NCBI GenBank assembly: GCA_002633005.1
Contig: NMRA01000308.1
Coordinates: 438,305 to 502,304, forward strand
Reading direction: 5' to 3'
DNA length: 64,000 bases
Origin: Phoronis australis
Lineage: Eukaryota; Animalia; Phoronida
In this document: one piece after another, positions 61,301 through 64,000 of the stretch
How the letters are laid out: the number at the start of each line of letters is the position of its first letter
Position numbering within the stretch: position 1 is the first letter of the stretch
Made by a program: the position numbers and the translations under genes
Notes under the pieces: generated by a model
Told to the model about the DNA's origin: nothing
Seen by the model: only the letters and a program-made list of their open reading frames with translations
Database searches by the model: none

Positions 61301-62995
61301 GGTCATGAGTCTGTAGGTTTGGTCAAATAATAGAAACAATGGCACTGGTGGACTCGGAGCAATGCTCTTTACATAATATAGAAACCAAATTTACTTGTAT
61401 TACCATTCAAGATTTGTTCAAGATAGGCTTGAAGGCTCCTAAGAACGTGCCATGAAACTAACTCTGGATTTTGATCACTTACCTCTATGAAACGAGCAGG
61501 TTTCAACTTGTTTCAAACTCAGCGCCGTGGGAAGTGGTTTATGGGCATGTAAGAAACTGACACTTGATTTTTGCTTGAGACCGTTCTTGGTGCTTAAAAT
61601 GACAGCTTTGACCAGCCAATATTGAAACCTGGTGTTGAGCTCTCAGTTCTTATCAACTTGCACAATTACTGCTACTGTGGCTGTTTACACTGAACTATTT
61701 GAGAATAATTTCTTGATCTTAATGGAAAGTAATTTTTTGTGACAAAGTCTTCTAATCAGTTTATGTTAAAGAGACGTTTTCCCATTTTCGCGTGGATTCA
61801 ACGTATTCTCTGCTGGCAGGATCTTCATGAAAATTGGCATACTGAGAAGACCACTGCAGAAGTTGATTTTTGGATGGGTCTGACTATTGTGGTGCCCCTA
61901 GTGGCACTTTTGATTTTTATGTCTGGCTCTGTTTCCTTAACCCATTGTAGGGTATTTGTGAAATCAGGCATGTAAATTCAGGCATGTGCATTCCTAAGAA
62001 TTTGACAAAGGATGACAATGACTATGGACAGATCTGACTATTGGTGTGCCACATTGGGCAATTGGTGTGCCACATTGGGCAATTGGTGTGCCACATTGGG
62101 CAATTGGTGTGCCCCATCTGACTATTGGTGTGCCACATTGGGCAATTGGTGTGCCCCGTCTGACTATTGGTGTGCCACATTGGGCAATTGGTGTGCCCCA
62201 TCTGACTATTAGTGTGCCACATTGGGCAATTGGTGTGCCCCATCTGACTATTGGTGTGCCACATTGGGCAATTGGTGTGCCCCATTGGGCAATTGGTGTG
62301 CCCCATTGGGCAATTCTTTTATACATTTTCTACTATTTGTTAATGTTTTTATTCAGGAGACAACTATGTCCTTTATTTTTTTGATGAATTGGACATGTTC
62401 TGTGCCACCTGTTGGCAGTTCCTATAATTTTTTAGTCTGTTTTTGGCTTATGCCATTCTAACTGCCAAGGCACTCTTACTATCATGAATTTTGCCATATG
62501 TGTCCCCATAGACATTTACCATAAAAGTTGTGTCATGAGTCTCTTTCCATGTACTCAGCCCTACAGTTGTTACTTATATATTGAATTATCTTTAAAAATG
62601 CTGGTTGATTTCCAACATATACAAGATGGTTATTCAAGCAGAACCAGTTCACACTGCTTGTAAATTATCTGTGTTTAGTATAGCACAAGTTATGAGAGCA
62701 AATAAAATGTAAAGTACCTGTTTTCAGTATAGCACAAGTAAAAAGTCAGACAGGCTTTACACCCAGCCCAGGTATTACACCTTGATGCTGTGTGATGTAG
62801 TTGTGGAGGTGTACATTTGCAGGGCGTAATATTGGCACTCTTCGTGGGCATGAGGATGAGGTACTGGACGTTGCCTTTGACTACACTGGTAAATACTTAT
62901 TGACTGCATCAGCCGACAGTACAGCTCGATGCTACAACGCGGTCACACACGGTCTAGTCTCAAAAATGGAGGGGCACGAGGGTGAAATATCTAAG
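43358..62995 (+). CDS. DAW1: Dynein assembly factor with WD repeats 1 (DAW1/WDR69/ODA16), first 350 aa; join(43358..43397,47054..47126,48534..48625,51995..52047,54573..54631,56119..56241,57849..57948,58848..58955,59422..59528,59780..59901,62823..62995,>window)
   Basis: [23 protein letters not shown]...KSIDLLDL...[78 protein letters not shown]..., closely matching known DAW1; all splice phases consistent. Confidence 0.96.
44203..44330. promoter_or_regulatory. Second CpG-rich candidate bidirectional promoter inside DAW1 intron 1
   Basis: CpG cluster; YY1-type CAAGATGGCGG (44318-44328); outward-facing donors at 44202 (-, TCG|GTGAGT) and 44356 (+). Confidence 0.45.
44322..44355 (+). CDS. DAW1: Candidate alternative DAW1 first exon ([12 protein letters not shown])
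   Basis: CAAGATGGCGG start context; TAG|GTAACC donor in phase 1, the same phase as canonical exon 1. Confidence 0.45.
47054..47126 (+). CDS. DAW1: DAW1 exon 2
   Basis: [23 protein letters not shown]; CAG/GTGAGT. Confidence 0.93.
48534..48625 (+). CDS. DAW1: DAW1 exon 3
   Basis: [30 protein letters not shown]; ends at U12-type donor GTATCCTTT. Confidence 0.9.
48771..50772. mobile_element. Non-autonomous Kolobok-like DNA transposon, copy 2 (2.0 kb), inside the U12 intron
   Basis: 13-bp terminal inverted repeat (TIR) AGTCCTTCTCTCA / TGAGAGAAGGACT, flanks TTAA / TAAA. Confidence 0.75.
51765..51930. repeat. ~28-bp degenerate tandem repeat just upstream of the U12 branch point
   Basis: GTACGCTCTCTACAGTCCTGAGAAAA-like units. 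Confidence 0.7.
51995..52047 (+). CDS. DAW1: DAW1 exon 4
   Basis: [18 protein letters not shown]; donor GTAAGT. Confidence 0.9.
53700..53835. repeat. Dispersed repeat; second copy at ~50885-51018
   Basis: Shared CAGACGA.CTTCAAAACAAACGTCAC.TGACAACA.CATG...TTTGGACTTAATC. Confidence 0.6.
54573..54631 (+). CDS. DAW1: DAW1 exon 5
   Basis: [19 protein letters not shown]. Confidence 0.95.
54873..55995. mobile_element. hAT-like non-autonomous element
   Basis: TIR CAAGGCTTGGAAT / ATTCCAAGCCCTG; ATGCAT directly flanks both ends. Confidence 0.65.
56119..56241 (+). CDS. DAW1: DAW1 exon 6 (WD40)
   Basis: [41 protein letters not shown]. Confidence 0.95.
56320..56455. repeat. ~65-bp tandem duplication
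   Basis: TGTACTGTGATTTGGGACATAATCACCTATAGTCTTCAAG...GACTGG twice. Confidence 0.85.
56659..57645. repeat. ~495-bp near-identical tandem duplication split by a single N (probable assembly artefact)
   Basis: 56659-57149 vs 57151-57645 differ by a few substitutions and a T-run length. Confidence 0.85.
57849..57948 (+). CDS. DAW1: DAW1 exon 7 (WD40)
   Basis: [33 protein letters not shown]. Confidence 0.95.
58848..58955 (+). CDS. DAW1: DAW1 exon 8 (WD40)
   Basis: [36 protein letters not shown]. Confidence 0.95.
59422..59528 (+). CDS. DAW1: DAW1 exon 9 (WD40)
   Basis: [35 protein letters not shown]. Confidence 0.95.
59780..59901 (+). CDS. DAW1: DAW1 exon 10 (WD40)
   Basis: [40 protein letters not shown]. 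Confidence 0.95.
59949..61227 (+). mobile_element. Same HINE family, copy in DAW1 intron 10
   Basis: TTTTTATGCGCCCACATATTCATATGTGGACGCAT ... CGTTGCTCTTGTT. Confidence 0.82.
62033..62314. repeat. 21/41-bp minisatellite (TTGGTGTGCCACATTGGGCAA / TTGGTGTGCCCCATCTGACTA) in a degenerate HINE fragment
   Basis: Direct inspection; flanks resemble the HINE A-type subunit. Confidence 0.85.
62823..62995 (+). CDS. DAW1: DAW1 exon 11 (WD40)
   Basis: [58 protein letters not shown]; donor GTAGGT. Confidence 0.95.
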
Positions 62996-63641
62996 GTAGG
63001 TTCGACATTTTGTTGTGGTTTTGGGCGTGCTATCAGATTCTGAAAGTTCTGATGAAAGTTTAAAAGCTGGGGTTGGGAAACCTTTTTATGGGTGCGTATT
63101 ACTGTCATCTCAGTCTGACATCTGGCATCCTATGCTACCCCTTTTGTCTGGTTTAGAATCATGATGGTGTCTGTGATTTTGGCGTCGGCTCCTCTAAGTG
63201 CCATACCCTTTGAATCGTAATTGTGAAGTTTGTTAGATATGCTCTGAAAAGACGATGGCTGAATTTGATCAAGACCAGCTGCTGTTGTGCCCTCTGGTGA
63301 AAATTTATATTTCATTGAGTCTACCTCAGCATAAGTTTTTTGTCAGATCTTCATTTAATGTGGCACATGTGATCCTATCCAAGGAGACGTTCCTTTGTTG
63401 GAATTTATCCGACATGTACAGCATACCTTCATGGCACTAAGTTCCTATCAAACATGGGTGGCCCTTCCTAGTTTGGAATGGATCTGAACTCTGCTGCACT
63501 CCTGGGGCAACTTAATAAATTACATCCATCACTTTAGATACATGTGACTATGTAACTGGGATTATGTATGTTTTAGAGACCTAACAGCGCCAGTTAATGT
63601 CCAAATGAATTTGCAGTTCTGTGTCGACTAGTAACCAATAC

Positions 63642-63807
63642 TTTTTATGCGCCCACATATTTATGTGTGGACGCATTATGCCGTCATCTCTGTGCGTGCG
63701 TCCATCTGGGCGGCGTCCGTCTGGCGTCCGCTGTTCTATGTCCAAAACCCTTTGATTTACGTTCATGAAATTTGGCACATATGTTCCATTTATGAATGGG
63801 ACGGCAT
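63642..63807 (+). mobile_element. Same HINE family, 5' fragment
   Basis: Near-identical 5' hairpin and GTCC tract; similarity stops at ~63807. Confidence 0.75.
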
Positions 63808-64000
63808 AGACTCTATTCACGCGGCGGACATTAAAATCCAAAGCGAGGCTCACTGCGATAAACAAAGCGGAAATTTACATTGCGTGAGTTAAATGGCCGG
63901 TCTTTGGAGTCCAACCTGAATATTAAATCTTAAAAAATGTGTCAATAATTAACCCCAGAGACGTAGAAAAATACAGTTAAAGAACAAGTCAATGCACCAA

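Noticed and set aside
61994-62461. Repetitive ORFs (PIAQCGT / VPHWAIG)
   Set aside because: Translations of the 21/41-bp minisatellite

Overview
AT-rich, intron-rich animal genomic DNA, probably a marine invertebrate (lophotrochozoan is a guess), not a prokaryote. Three spliced genes can be rebuilt by hand. (1) The 3' half of an FMR1/FXR (fragile-X) RNA-binding protein gene on + (exons 1-11670). (2) A complete 537-aa SLC16/monocarboxylate transporter gene on - (CDS 36347->18436). (3) The first 11 coding exons of DAW1/WDR69 (ODA16) on + (43358->62995, continuing past the window). Introns hold many DNA-transposon derivatives (Helentron-type HINEs, Kolobok, Tc1/mariner, hAT and Harbinger MITEs), retroelement remnants and minisatellites. 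Most notable: a HINE family whose internal array carries a CTCF-consensus motif every ~145-150 bp and always lies sense to the host gene; two apparently interleaved bidirectional promoters shared by SLC16 and DAW1, with an in-frame alternative DAW1 first exon; a U12-type intron in DAW1; a Penelope-like remnant with a minimal hammerhead motif; and a decayed THAP + P2RX7-C-like (Kolobok-type) cassette. All calls are by eye; no searches were run.
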